From IMG/VR virus record IMGVR_UViG_3300047094_002472: DNA of 64,000 bases. One strand, written 5' to 3'. The notes under the pieces are model-generated. The model saw nothing but the letters and a program-made list of their open reading frames with translations. It had not been told where the DNA came from and made no database searches. The DNA is from a virus. The stretch's first letter is position 1; the number at the start of each line of letters is the position of its first letter. Shown here one piece after another: positions 35,721 to 44,770 of the stretch. The position numbers and the translations under genes were made by a program.

Positions 35721-36566
35721 CTAAAGAATAGGCTTTCTATCAAATCTATCCAAAATATTCTTAAGACTACCGTTTGATCTGTCAATATTGAGAGCTAAAG
35801 CCCCGGCCAAGACTTGTTCCAATTTATCCTTTTTATTTATTCTTACCGGATGATCACCCAGCGCTACCACTGGAACACCTAAGATACCCGCCTCATATAA
35901 GCAAGTAGAGGATATTGATACTACAACAGACGCCTTAGAGGCTAGTTCTAAGAAGTCTGTACAGTCGGAATACTCCGCTCTGTTAAAACTTCTTTTTCTT
36001 TTAGAGTTTGGGTGTGCCTTGACTACAATCTTATTGTTTGGGTACATATATTCAACATGAGCAACAAATTCTTCCATATTATTATAATGAGAATTATGTA
36101 GCACTTGGGTGTCGTTTTCTATTTGCATAGGAACCAGCACATATCCCTCATCTCTTAAAGGATATTTTGTTTGCAGTTCTTCTCTTTTAGAATACATAGA
36201 GTCGATATCTTGCTTGGTTATCCAAGATAAATCTTTACACAGAATAGAACTTCCACAGAATCCTAAAGGATCAACAAAAAAATTGTCTGACTGTGGTAGC
36301 ATACCCCATTCTAAATAGCATTTTGGTATACCTCTGAGTTCGCATATTTTAGATACTGATAATGCTGTATGCTGATAGCCATTCCAAATAACAGCAAAAT
36401 TTGCATACTTGATCTTATCTGCTGATTTAAAGACCTCATTCTTAATACCTTCCCACCAGTAATCGCACTCGTATTCATTAGCAAATCTCTTAATAAGATT
36501 TACTTCTCTCTCATTATTAAAACCACAATGAACAACAAATGGCTTTTTGGTAGATTTATCTTCCAT
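35721..36566 (-). CDS. KpsS/KpsC-like capsule-synthesis glycosyltransferase
   Basis: LEWG.LP, DPLG, PMQ..ND, KAHP, SSTCLYEA. Confidence 0.75.
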   Translation of the reverse strand: MEDKSTKKPFVVHCGFNNEREVNLIKRFANEYECDYWWEGIKNEVFKSADKIKYANFAVIWNGYQHTALSVSKICELRGIPKCYLEWGMLPQSDNFFVDPLGFCGSSILCKDLSWITKQDIDSMYSKREELQTKYPLRDEGYVLVPMQIENDTQVLHNSHYNNMEEFVAHVEYMYPNNKIVVKAHPNSKRKRSFNRAEYSDCTDFLELASKASVVVSISSTCLYEAGILGVPVVALGDHPVRINKKDKLEQVLAGALALNIDRSNGSLKNILDRFDRKPIL

Positions 36567-37455
36567 ACGATCCTATGACTCTTCCCTTTTGAGTTCTGAC
36601 TACAAACCCCATCCTAACTAGAAATGGCTCTATACTATTCTCTATAGTCTCTATTGCAATACCAGTCAAAGAAGAAATACTCTTAAGTCCAAGGGGATTA
36701 CCTTTATGCTTGACTAGTATATCTAAATACATTCTATCATAAAGATCTAGCCCGTTCCCATCTACCCCCTGACTATTAAATATATCGTCTACTCCCATAT
36801 TCTTATCTTTATAGTATGCGACACAATTTTTGTACCACTGAAGTCTACCATTAAGGATTCTAGGAGTTCCCTTGCTTCTTTTCGCTATTTCTAGTGCGGT
36901 ATCCTGGTCTAAATCTATTCCTAGCTTTTTAGCGTTCAATTCGGCTAGTTTAGCAAGATCATCGTGGCTATAAAAAGAAAGATGTTCCTTAATCTGAAAA
37001 CGATCATAAAAGGGCTGACTAAGACTACCACCACTTGTTGTGGCTCCAACCAAAGTAAATGCCGGAATATCTATTTGTTCTGGTTTATCTTCTACCATTA
37101 TACTAAGAACAAAGTCTTCCATTACTGGATATAGAAATTCTTCTACTAGTTTTGGTAATCTATGAATCTCGTCTATAAAAAGAACAGATCTTGGTGCCAT
37201 ACCCATTAAGTACGGAAGTATATTCTTTACGCTTCTTACGTTTGCCGCGTTGAGAGTATATAGGTTGACTTCCATCTCGTTTGCTATGGCACTCGCTATA
37301 GTGGTCTTGCCTAGCCCCGGAGGGCCGTCTATTAAAACATGAGGCATCACACCACCAGAGTTTTTACAACCCACCACAGAGACTCTGAGCCGCTCCACAA
37401 CATCTTGCTGACCAACAACATCATCAAATCTCGTTGGTCTAATAATACTAGCCAT
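36556..37455 (-). CDS. ruvB: Holliday junction branch migration motor RuvB (start MASIIRP)
   Basis: RP..F.D.VGQ, GPPGLGKTT, FIDEIHRL, EEFLYPVMEDF, GATT, DRF, GTPRI, IEPFL...RTQKGR. Confidence 0.95.
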   Translation of the reverse strand: MASIIRPTRFDDVVGQQDVVERLRVSVVGCKNSGGVMPHVLIDGPPGLGKTTIASAIANEMEVNLYTLNAANVRSVKNILPYLMGMAPRSVLFIDEIHRLPKLVEEFLYPVMEDFVLSIMVEDKPEQIDIPAFTLVGATTSGGSLSQPFYDRFQIKEHLSFYSHDDLAKLAELNAKKLGIDLDQDTALEIAKRSKGTPRILNGRLQWYKNCVAYYKDKNMGVDDIFNSQGVDGNGLDLYDRMYLDILVKHKGNPLGLKSISSLTGIAIETIENSIEPFLVRMGFVVRTQKGRVIGSYGR

Positions 37456-37894
37456 GCTTTCCTCCAAATGTTTCCAATGTATATTTAACTAAGTTGCCAA
37501 TATCTTCGGTCTTTATTTTGTCATATGCGTCTACCAGAAGTTCTCTAGCCTCTTTATCGGTAAAACCATACGTACTTAATATTTTAGCAGACCTGTCTAG
37601 TAGGTCAATCGGAATTTTAACAACTTCTCTATCCTCTGACTCTGGCTTTTTGTTAACGATCTCCGTATCGACAGGGATTTCTTTTTTGGTTTTAGGTTTA
37701 CTATAAAGGATCTTTATCTTAGATATTCTTTTTGGTTGAAAAACAGTTCCGCAATCACAAACAACTTTGAAGTTTTTTGTTTGAGTCTCTTTAAGAGATA
37801 GCCAGTGCTGTATGGTACATTCTGTGTTTGGACACTCATATTTAAAATGAGCGTCTAGACTAATCGGTTTCAGGCTTCTCTTTTTTGTTTTCAT
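37448..37894 (-). CDS. Zn-ribbon protein with RuvA domain III-like C-terminus
   Basis: YECPNTEC..H...VCDCG N-terminus; SAKILSTYGFTDKEARELL...DIGNLVKYTL C-terminus; overlaps the ruvB start. Confidence 0.6.
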   Translation of the reverse strand: MKTKKRSLKPISLDAHFKYECPNTECTIQHWLSLKETQTKNFKVVCDCGTVFQPKRISKIKILYSKPKTKKEIPVDTEIVNKKPESEDREVVKIPIDLLDRSAKILSTYGFTDKEARELLVDAYDKIKTEDIGNLVKYTLETFGGKHG

Positions 37895-38282
37895 CTTTTG
37901 TCCAAAATACGAAGTCATTAAGTTCGTCATCATACGCAGACTCTATCAGACCTTGCTTACTTAAGTTTGCCAACAGGTTGCTGACAAGTCTAGAGTTTAA
38001 AGCCTCAAGAATATCAGCAAATATTTTCTCATCAATAATATATCTTACCTCTTTGGTATTCTTGTTTACCTGCTTTTTAGCATTTTGCTCAACAATAACC
38101 AAAGATTCTTTTTGTGTTAAAACAGAATTCAGTTCTTTTATATCTTCCTCAGAAGCGCCTGTTAGAAGTTCAGTAAAATCATCTGCATTTTCTATCATGT
38201 CCTTACCGAAACTATTAAAAACAACTAACCTAGCACTATCTGTAAACTTTTCTATATTGTCGATAATAAATTTTTGACTCAT
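37860..38282 (-). CDS. hypothetical protein (probable paralog of 53725..54126)
   Basis: Shared LA.L...G.(I/L)E.A(Y/W)DDE....(V/I)FW C-terminal motif. Confidence 0.6.
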   Translation of the reverse strand: MSQKFIIDNIEKFTDSARLVVFNSFGKDMIENADDFTELLTGASEEDIKELNSVLTQKESLVIVEQNAKKQVNKNTKEVRYIIDEKIFADILEALNSRLVSNLLANLSKQGLIESAYDDELNDFVFWTKDENKKEKPETD

Positions 38283-38515
38283 AATGAGTACGTGCCTCCT
38301 TCATTAGTATACTCCGTCCAGTTCAAAGCGGCAGAATATATTGGCTTATATACTATGGTCTCAGAACCATTATACTCGATAACTTGCATAACACAATCTT
38401 GTAGTTCGTTAATTCTAACTTCTATTTCTTTTATTGCTTCTTGTCTAGATAGTACAGTTATCATATCCCCAGACGAGAAAAATAGTTTAAACTTCACATT
38501 AGTTGAGTATGTCAT
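38279..38515 (-). CDS. hypothetical protein
   Basis: ORF chain; start uncertain. Confidence 0.45.
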   Translation of the reverse strand: MTYSTNVKFKLFFSSGDMITVLSRQEAIKEIEVRINELQDCVMQVIEYNGSETIVYKPIYSAALNWTEYTNEGGTYSL

Positions 38516-38951
38516 ACAGTCCCTTGTAATAGTTTGGTTGCTTGACAAAATATGCTGCATATTGCTGTATATGTTTAGTATAAATATTTAGCAGTTTATC
38601 TTCCACGAAATGCTTTGCTTTATATATTGGTTCGTTGTACTGATTGTTCCCCAAATACAGGAGGGAGTTTCCTCCACCCACTGTATTGGAGACCCAATCA
38701 GTCACAGGTAACGAAACAAACGGAAAGTCTGTAGTATTATTAATTTTATACCAATCATTTGAGTGGCCCGGTGGATTGTTAATTAGATTGTCTATCATTT
38801 TCTGAACCCACTCTGATATAGGGCCACTACTAACATCAAACTTAAAATAAAATTTATTCCAGTCTGATTCTTGCTGACCCTGATCATAGTCATGACTATC
38901 ATCGTAGTCATCTTCATAATAGTCTTCATAATCATCATATGGTTCGTGCAT
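38499..38951 (-). CDS. hypothetical protein with acidic N-terminus
   Basis: ORF. Confidence 0.55.
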   Translation of the reverse strand: MHEPYDDYEDYYEDDYDDSHDYDQGQQESDWNKFYFKFDVSSGPISEWVQKMIDNLINNPPGHSNDWYKINNTTDFPFVSLPVTDWVSNTVGGGNSLLYLGNNQYNEPIYKAKHFVEDKLLNIYTKHIQQYAAYFVKQPNYYKGLYDILN

Positions 38952-38954
38952 ATA

Positions 38955-40040
38955 TTATCCAATACAAAATTTATCACTAATTTGAGCAGCAAGATCTTTG
39001 GCAGAACTAGCCAAAAAACGATTGTTACTAAAGTATAGTGCTGTGGATGCTTGGTTTAGGTACTCGACAACTGTTTTTAAAAGTTTGATCTGTGATCCAT
39101 CAAGGTTTATATCCTCTTCTGGCAGAGCATCGTGTGCATCCTTAGACCCGTCCTCATCGCCTACAAATCTGTCACCATAAACAGACTGAACAAGCATTGG
39201 ATCGCCATAAGCCCTCATCTGATTCAGAATATCTGTTGCAACATTTACTGATACAGGAACACCGGTAATATCGGACTTCTTATAAGCCTTGGAATATTCC
39301 TTAAACCATTCGTCACTAGTCTTATTGGCTACAAGATTAACAAGAGCAGAAACACCATCAAGAGCTTGTTTAAGATGTTCAATATTTACCGGGTTACCAT
39401 TTGATCCCGACAAAATACTAGTAAAATAAGGCTGCTTTCCCTCCCAGGCTTTTCTCCACCAAGTATATGGGATTCGATAAATCTGATTAATTTTGATGGC
39501 TCGGGCATCACCCTCAAAGTGGTTTACCAGTTTCTTTTGAATACCACTCCAATAAGTCTTGTTAGGACTATTAGCGTTTGGGTTTAGAATCCAATAGCAC
39601 TGATAACCATTGCGAGTATCAACAACCCAACTTGGCTTGACAGGAAAGTTATTAATCTTATTCAAGAATTCCTTCTTCTTTCGCATAACAATACTAGGCT
39701 TGAAATAAGACCCCTTATCGTCTCGTCCAGCATCCATATCAACAAAACAAGCACGAATCCTGCTAATAGCATATTGCTTGCGACCACCATTAACATAAAA
39801 ATAAGCATCGGCACCCTGACTATCATTTGCAATAGCAACAGTAGTAAGATGATCCGTATGATTCATACTACTGATCTTCTTGCGAGGATCACCGTTATAA
39901 CAGAAAATATGCTGACCACCAAAAGAAGCCAAAAACTTATTTCTCAATGCTATCTGAGTATCTGTTCCAATAGCACTATGAGTCTTATCGAACGGATTAA
40001 AAGCCAAAGTATCGCTAAACATCTGTTTTCCCTTTTCCAA
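38955..40040 (-). CDS. RepB'-like primase (AEP superfamily)
   Basis: YFYVNG, CFVDMD, PSWVVDT.NGYQCYW, RIPYT; start may be 40022. Confidence 0.7.
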   Translation of the reverse strand: MEKGKQMFSDTLAFNPFDKTHSAIGTDTQIALRNKFLASFGGQHIFCYNGDPRKKISSMNHTDHLTTVAIANDSQGADAYFYVNGGRKQYAISRIRACFVDMDAGRDDKGSYFKPSIVMRKKKEFLNKINNFPVKPSWVVDTRNGYQCYWILNPNANSPNKTYWSGIQKKLVNHFEGDARAIKINQIYRIPYTWWRKAWEGKQPYFTSILSGSNGNPVNIEHLKQALDGVSALVNLVANKTSDEWFKEYSKAYKKSDITGVPVSVNVATDILNQMRAYGDPMLVQSVYGDRFVGDEDGSKDAHDALPEEDINLDGSQIKLLKTVVEYLNQASTALYFSNNRFLASSAKDLAAQISDKFCIG

Positions 40041-40100
40041 ACTACTAACTACATTTTCGATATTGGGATAGTGAACATCGCTATCAAGAGCAATATCTAA

Positions 40101-40180
40101 AAGATGGCCGAGAGAATCGAACCCTCGTTATTAGCAACACAAACTATTAGATACTGCTAATAAGATCCACACGCCACCTT
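40101..40180 (-). ncRNA. tRNA-like RNA element lacking a D-stem
   Basis: Closing helix AAGGTGGC/GCCATCTT, T-arm GAGGG-TTCGATT-CTCTC, 9-bp helix TTATTAGCA/TGCTAATAA. Confidence 0.55.
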
Positions 40181-40189
40181 GACTATTAA

Positions 40190-41050
40190 TCAATACTGAT
40201 TATCGTAATCCTCGTCCTCGTAATCTTCTTCATCTTCTTCGTCGAACTGACCCCAATAACTTTCATCATAGTCATTAAGATAATCATCCTCATCATCCTC
40301 ATACTCGTCCTGAGTAAAATCGGCTGAATAAAGAGGCTTGAGTAGTTCGCCTTCGTATTCCCCAACCACTTCATATCGACAGGTACGAAGTTTTTCACAA
40401 TTACAGTCGCTTGGAACGCTTACCACATCCTTGGGATTGATTTTAACAATCACGATACGATCACCGCTTTCCACACTACCATAACTAGCAACATAATTTA
40501 ATGCACCAGCATGGAGACCATCAGAGCATCCACGACTACGATTATCGTCCACCTTTGCTCGTTGCATACTAACTACCTGACCAACACTGTTATCAAATAC
40601 CCCACGGTACTTATCCTTATAATCTGAACGAACAGCCTTATAGGCGAGGAAGTGACCGTCCTCCGTAATAGGCAGATGTTCATGCTCCAAGAAATCATAG
40701 AGTTCCTTTTGACTCTGCATACTTGGATTCTCCATAAGATTATTTAGAAAGGTCACAAGCGGTTCAAAGGGCAGACCCTTGCTCATAAACTCAAGGATAC
40801 GCTTACTGATACTGCCGTGAACAACTTCACCCTCATAAGTAACTTGTCCATTCTTGATCTCGACCAAACCATCACTAAAATTAGCAACAGCCTTTTCTAC
40901 ATCAACAATATCCAAGAGTTCTTCTGCGGTTGCTGTGGGCAGAGCCTCAAGGATCATCTTGTAGTTAATATGATCCGGCAACACCTGATAACTCTGGTTA
41001 TTAAGAACCAGCGTCAAATTACCATCGACAAACATAAAAGGAACAGCCAT
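40190..41050 (-). CDS. rIIB: rIIB-like protein
   Basis: ELYDFLEH..LPITEDG.FLAYK, CSDGLH, VKINPKDVVSVP.D...KLRTCRYEV. Confidence 0.85.
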   Translation of the reverse strand: MAVPFMFVDGNLTLVLNNQSYQVLPDHINYKMILEALPTATAEELLDIVDVEKAVANFSDGLVEIKNGQVTYEGEVVHGSISKRILEFMSKGLPFEPLVTFLNNLMENPSMQSQKELYDFLEHEHLPITEDGHFLAYKAVRSDYKDKYRGVFDNSVGQVVSMQRAKVDDNRSRGCSDGLHAGALNYVASYGSVESGDRIVIVKINPKDVVSVPSDCNCEKLRTCRYEVVGEYEGELLKPLYSADFTQDEYEDDEDDYLNDYDESYWGQFDEEDEEDYEDEDYDNQY

Positions 41051-41075
41051 TTTAATTCTCCTATTACCTGTGAAA

Positions 41076-43763
41076 TTACCTAATTAAACTACTCAACTGA
41101 ATCTTAAACAAATCAACATTGTCTTGACTCATTTGACTAAACCAATCTTTACCATTATTATTGTAATAACTATTTCGCTCATCAAGTTGATTGATCGGGT
41201 TCTTGTTAGTTTTGAGTTCTCGCAGGTTCCCGCTAACTTGGTGACTACCAAGAATATACTTTAGCATCGGGTTCTTGTCAACCTCCGCTTTAATATTTTC
41301 TCTAATCTCACTAATTTTTGGCAGAGTATACTTCTCGGATACTTCCGTCTTGATTATTTTGGCATACTCAATAGCCAGAGTAGCCTTGTCCCCACCGTAT
41401 AGTCTGTTTTCGATAGTTTGTAGCAGATAATTGTACGCAACATTACCATTACGAATCTGGTTACTGTCAACGTCTTTAATGCCAAGATCACTCAACAGTT
41501 TTGTCATATGGTTTAGGTAATCCGTTTCATTGAATCTGGTTATAGCAAACTTAGAATCATGAACAGTATGGGCAAAGAACTCCAAAATCATGGTATTATC
41601 AACTGCTTCTGACAGTTTCTTGTTGCTAATAAATTTACCATAGTCTAACCCAAAGATATTGAGCATATGGAACATAAACTGTCTATCCACAGACCCATAG
41701 TTATAGTACCTATAGGAGTCGGACTTTTCTTGCTTTTCATACTCTCTCTTGGCATACTCAATAATAGCGTTGTACGAGGCAATATTTTTAAAATGCTTCT
41801 GTGCAACAACCTTGAGTTGACGCTTTAGAAACTCATTGAAATTAGTAAGTGTATGACCATCGTTTTCAAGTTTAGCGACAAACGCACTCTTGATAGCATA
41901 GATCTTATTTTTTCCAATCAAGTCCTTCATTATATGCTTGATATGATCGTCATGTAGTGTGAGAGAAATATCTGCGATCTCTGGAAAGCCAGAACCCTCT
42001 TGAGACTTATATCTTACCATAGGCACATAAACAATCTCGTCTGTTTCCAGAAAGTCATTCAACTGATCTTCCGATAGCATCTTAAGACACTGAGCATCGT
42101 TATACGGATTACTAATGCTCTTGCTCTTGGCGTCTGCCCCATAGATGAAAAATACATCTTGGTCGCTGACACTACCCTTGCTATTTCTAGCGGACTGCTT
42201 TCTTGGGCCGGAATTTTGGGTTAGATGCTTATAGTCAGAGACTTTAAGAATGTTATCCTCGCCCACATCCTTTCGCAACTTATCAAAACCTTCGTGACTT
42301 TGGGTATAATCCTTACTATCAAGCATCATATACGCAAAGCAATCGTTCTGATTACAATATCTTGTGATAATCTTTTTGGCTGTTTCTTCGCTCTTAACAT
42401 CACAAACAAAGAAAGCCATGCTACCATTCTTCTTGGTGGAATTCCAGTAAGAATATCCCTTGCCAGTCAAGGTTTCGTGATGAATCTTATCTGTGAGAGC
42501 AACAAGCCTACGAGAACGGTAGCCGCTGCTCTTATAGTTAAAGACATACAGACTCTTACCGGCTGGGATTTTATACTCAAGATCATTACCAGAATTAATC
42601 TGATGCTCCTTGCCGGTATCATCCTTCCAAGATGCACCAACACCCCAACCGCCCGCCAATTCATTCATTGTATAATACAGACTGATGGCTTCTACCTTGG
42701 TTTTGGCGGCGGCGATCTTTTTGGAGAATTCCTCCTTCATTTCCATATAGATGTCTTGAGTCTTTTGACGCAGCGTTTTAATAACCTGCTTCGTATACTG
42801 CAAGCCTTCTCTAGAAACGTCCATTTCCAATTCGCCAATTCCAAAATCCAGTTCAAGATAGAGACCCGAGTGAATGATCTCTCCAATAAAACTCTTCCAA
42901 CTATCAATATCCGCCTTCTGGAAAGCACGATTCCACCTCTGGATATGATCTGGAGTATCCTCTTTCTCTTGCCCAACAATTTGTGCAGTATGCACAGGAT
43001 ATGCGATATTGCCCATGATAGCCACAACGCCGCTATCAATACGATGATAATTATTAGGATAATACTGACTATCGTTATTAAGTCTACAGACTCTCCATCC
43101 AGTACCACTGATTACAATATTGGTATTGCTATACTTATGGTCTTGGAGATTTGGTGCAACACCACCCTCAATAATAGGCTTCATTCGGAAATAATGAAAA
43201 ATCCTCATAGCCTTGTTAGTAAACTCAGCAAAATCCTGCTGCTTAACAGCAAAACTAATTTCAAGACCGTTTGGTTCTTTTGTGTCGGAAGTATTAAAAA
43301 GATTCAGAGTAGGAACACCACTATCATCAATAGCAGCGATATACGTATACTTCTTGCCGTTAAAATAAGACGCAGTAGTAAAACTTTTTGTATATGCAAA
43401 CGGACTCTTAGACCCTAGACCCAAGCACCCCACAAAATCATTGCTATCGTTCTTATTTGAAGCACCGTAGGTAGTATACAGGTTCTCCATATCTTCCTGA
43501 CTAAGACCAGTGCCATAGTCTCGCACCATAAAAGTAGGATTGGCAGCGGTAGGAAGAAATACCTTAAAGGGATTCTTATTTCCGGCAGAAATATGGCTAT
43601 CATAAGCATTGGTTGAAAGTTCACGAATAGCGGCCATTACTTTATCGGAATAAAGAGAGTCCGACAAAATCTTAAACATCTTGCTCGTCTGAGCGATATT
43701 AAACTGGTTCTTGCTAGAAACTCCAGAACTGTGAGTTTCGATTGTACGATCTGCCAACTTCAT
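41076..43763 (-). CDS. rIIA: rIIA-like protein (GHKL ATPase N-terminus)
   Basis: ILSDSLYSDK..A.IRELSTNAYD, RDYGTGLS, GCLGLGSKSPFAY, SREGL. Confidence 0.9.
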   Translation of the reverse strand: MKLADRTIETHSSGVSSKNQFNIAQTSKMFKILSDSLYSDKVMAAIRELSTNAYDSHISAGNKNPFKVFLPTAANPTFMVRDYGTGLSQEDMENLYTTYGASNKNDSNDFVGCLGLGSKSPFAYTKSFTTASYFNGKKYTYIAAIDDSGVPTLNLFNTSDTKEPNGLEISFAVKQQDFAEFTNKAMRIFHYFRMKPIIEGGVAPNLQDHKYSNTNIVISGTGWRVCRLNNDSQYYPNNYHRIDSGVVAIMGNIAYPVHTAQIVGQEKEDTPDHIQRWNRAFQKADIDSWKSFIGEIIHSGLYLELDFGIGELEMDVSREGLQYTKQVIKTLRQKTQDIYMEMKEEFSKKIAAAKTKVEAISLYYTMNELAGGWGVGASWKDDTGKEHQINSGNDLEYKIPAGKSLYVFNYKSSGYRSRRLVALTDKIHHETLTGKGYSYWNSTKKNGSMAFFVCDVKSEETAKKIITRYCNQNDCFAYMMLDSKDYTQSHEGFDKLRKDVGEDNILKVSDYKHLTQNSGPRKQSARNSKGSVSDQDVFFIYGADAKSKSISNPYNDAQCLKMLSEDQLNDFLETDEIVYVPMVRYKSQEGSGFPEIADISLTLHDDHIKHIMKDLIGKNKIYAIKSAFVAKLENDGHTLTNFNEFLKRQLKVVAQKHFKNIASYNAIIEYAKREYEKQEKSDSYRYYNYGSVDRQFMFHMLNIFGLDYGKFISNKKLSEAVDNTMILEFFAHTVHDSKFAITRFNETDYLNHMTKLLSDLGIKDVDSNQIRNGNVAYNYLLQTIENRLYGGDKATLAIEYAKIIKTEVSEKYTLPKISEIRENIKAEVDKNPMLKYILGSHQVSGNLRELKTNKNPINQLDERNSYYNNNGKDWFSQMSQDNVDLFKIQLSSLIR

Positions 43764-43803
43764 CTTTGTTCTCCAAAAGTGTTATCGTTCCTGTGATAGC
43801 GTA

Positions 43804-43832
43804 AGTATAGCATCGGCAATCCGGCTTGTCAA
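43804..43832 (-). promoter_or_regulatory. sigma70 promoter with CCGAT box (rIIA)
   Basis: TTGACA-AGCCGGATTGCCGATGC-TATACT. Confidence 0.8.
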
Positions 43833-43856
43833 CCTTTAATCGTTCGCCTCGTCAAA

Positions 43857-44096
43857 TTATTTCCTTATCCGGTTATTAATAGACAAGACTCCTAATAATA
43901 GAGATAAAATACCAACATATCTTACTGCTGGTATTGGCAATAGAAAAAACCATAAACCAGAAAATATGGTTATAATAGAAAATAAGACTACAAACCAAGT
44001 TGGTATAAAAGAACAGCCACTAATAACAAAACAAAATGGCCCAGAAAATAAAATCCATAAAAAAATGATTGATACGAATAATGCCAAACTAAACAT
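43857..44096 (-). CDS. small membrane protein
   Basis: Three hydrophobic segments. Confidence 0.55.
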   Translation of the reverse strand: MFSLALFVSIIFLWILFSGPFCFVISGCSFIPTWFVVLFSIITIFSGLWFFLLPIPAVRYVGILSLLLGVLSINNRIRK

Positions 44097-44107
44097 TTAT
44101 ATATTCA

Positions 44108-44428
44108 TTAGTTATCTAAATCATCATCCTCTAATGAATTCCTCCATTCTTCATTGTCGTGAATCCAACCCTCATTTGATTCGTATTCTTCATCTTCGTT
44201 CATATCTTCTTCGCCTATCTCTGCTGCGTCCTCTAGAAATAATGTGATTGTCATCATCATTTCCATAAGAGTATCTAACTTATTGATCATTAAGTTGATC
44301 TGTTTTTTCATAGCGTCAACATCTTTGCTTAACGCCGCTATTTCTTTAGAGTTTTTTGTTTCCACTTGGGATATCTCTCTATGGTTTTTGTTGATTTCTT
44401 TCAGAATATCATTAATTTCTTTAGACAC
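44108..44428 (-). CDS. coiled-coil hypothetical protein
   Basis: AGGAG SD, GTG start. Confidence 0.55.
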   Translation of the reverse strand: MSKEINDILKEINKNHREISQVETKNSKEIAALSKDVDAMKKQINLMINKLDTLMEMMMTITLFLEDAAEIGEEDMNEDEEYESNEGWIHDNEEWRNSLEDDDLDN

Positions 44429-44437
44429 AGTATCTCC

Positions 44438-44767
44438 TTAGCCTAGCCTTTTGTATTCTTTTATATCTCCATTTTGGGATATTTTTTGATCTTCATATGT
44501 TGATGCGACCCTACGATAATACTCCTGTTTTATGTTTTCTAATACACCAGTTATGATCGCTATTTTAGGATAGGATGGAGTACCCATTAAACCAGCACTA
44601 ACTCGGCTAAAAACATAGTTAATATTACCCGCGATCTTTAATAGTTGTTCATTACTCAGTTCGGTTGTATCAAAAGGCTTATCCAGAACCGTATTTTTAA
44701 GACAAAGAATGAGTTCGCCTACGCACTCGTCAAGTTTACTTCTATTAGATTCATCTATATATGGCAT
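44438..44767 (-). CDS. conserved hypothetical phage protein
   Basis: MPYI...GNINY...GVLE..K.EYYRR...YED.KI..NGD. Confidence 0.7.
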   Translation of the reverse strand: MPYIDESNRSKLDECVGELILCLKNTVLDKPFDTTELSNEQLLKIAGNINYVFSRVSAGLMGTPSYPKIAIITGVLENIKQEYYRRVASTYEDQKISQNGDIKEYKRLG

Positions 44768-44770
44768 TTT

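Noticed and set aside
42225-43418. 397-aa plus-strand ORF antisense to rIIA
   Set aside because: No recognisable motifs; explained by the codon bias of rIIA
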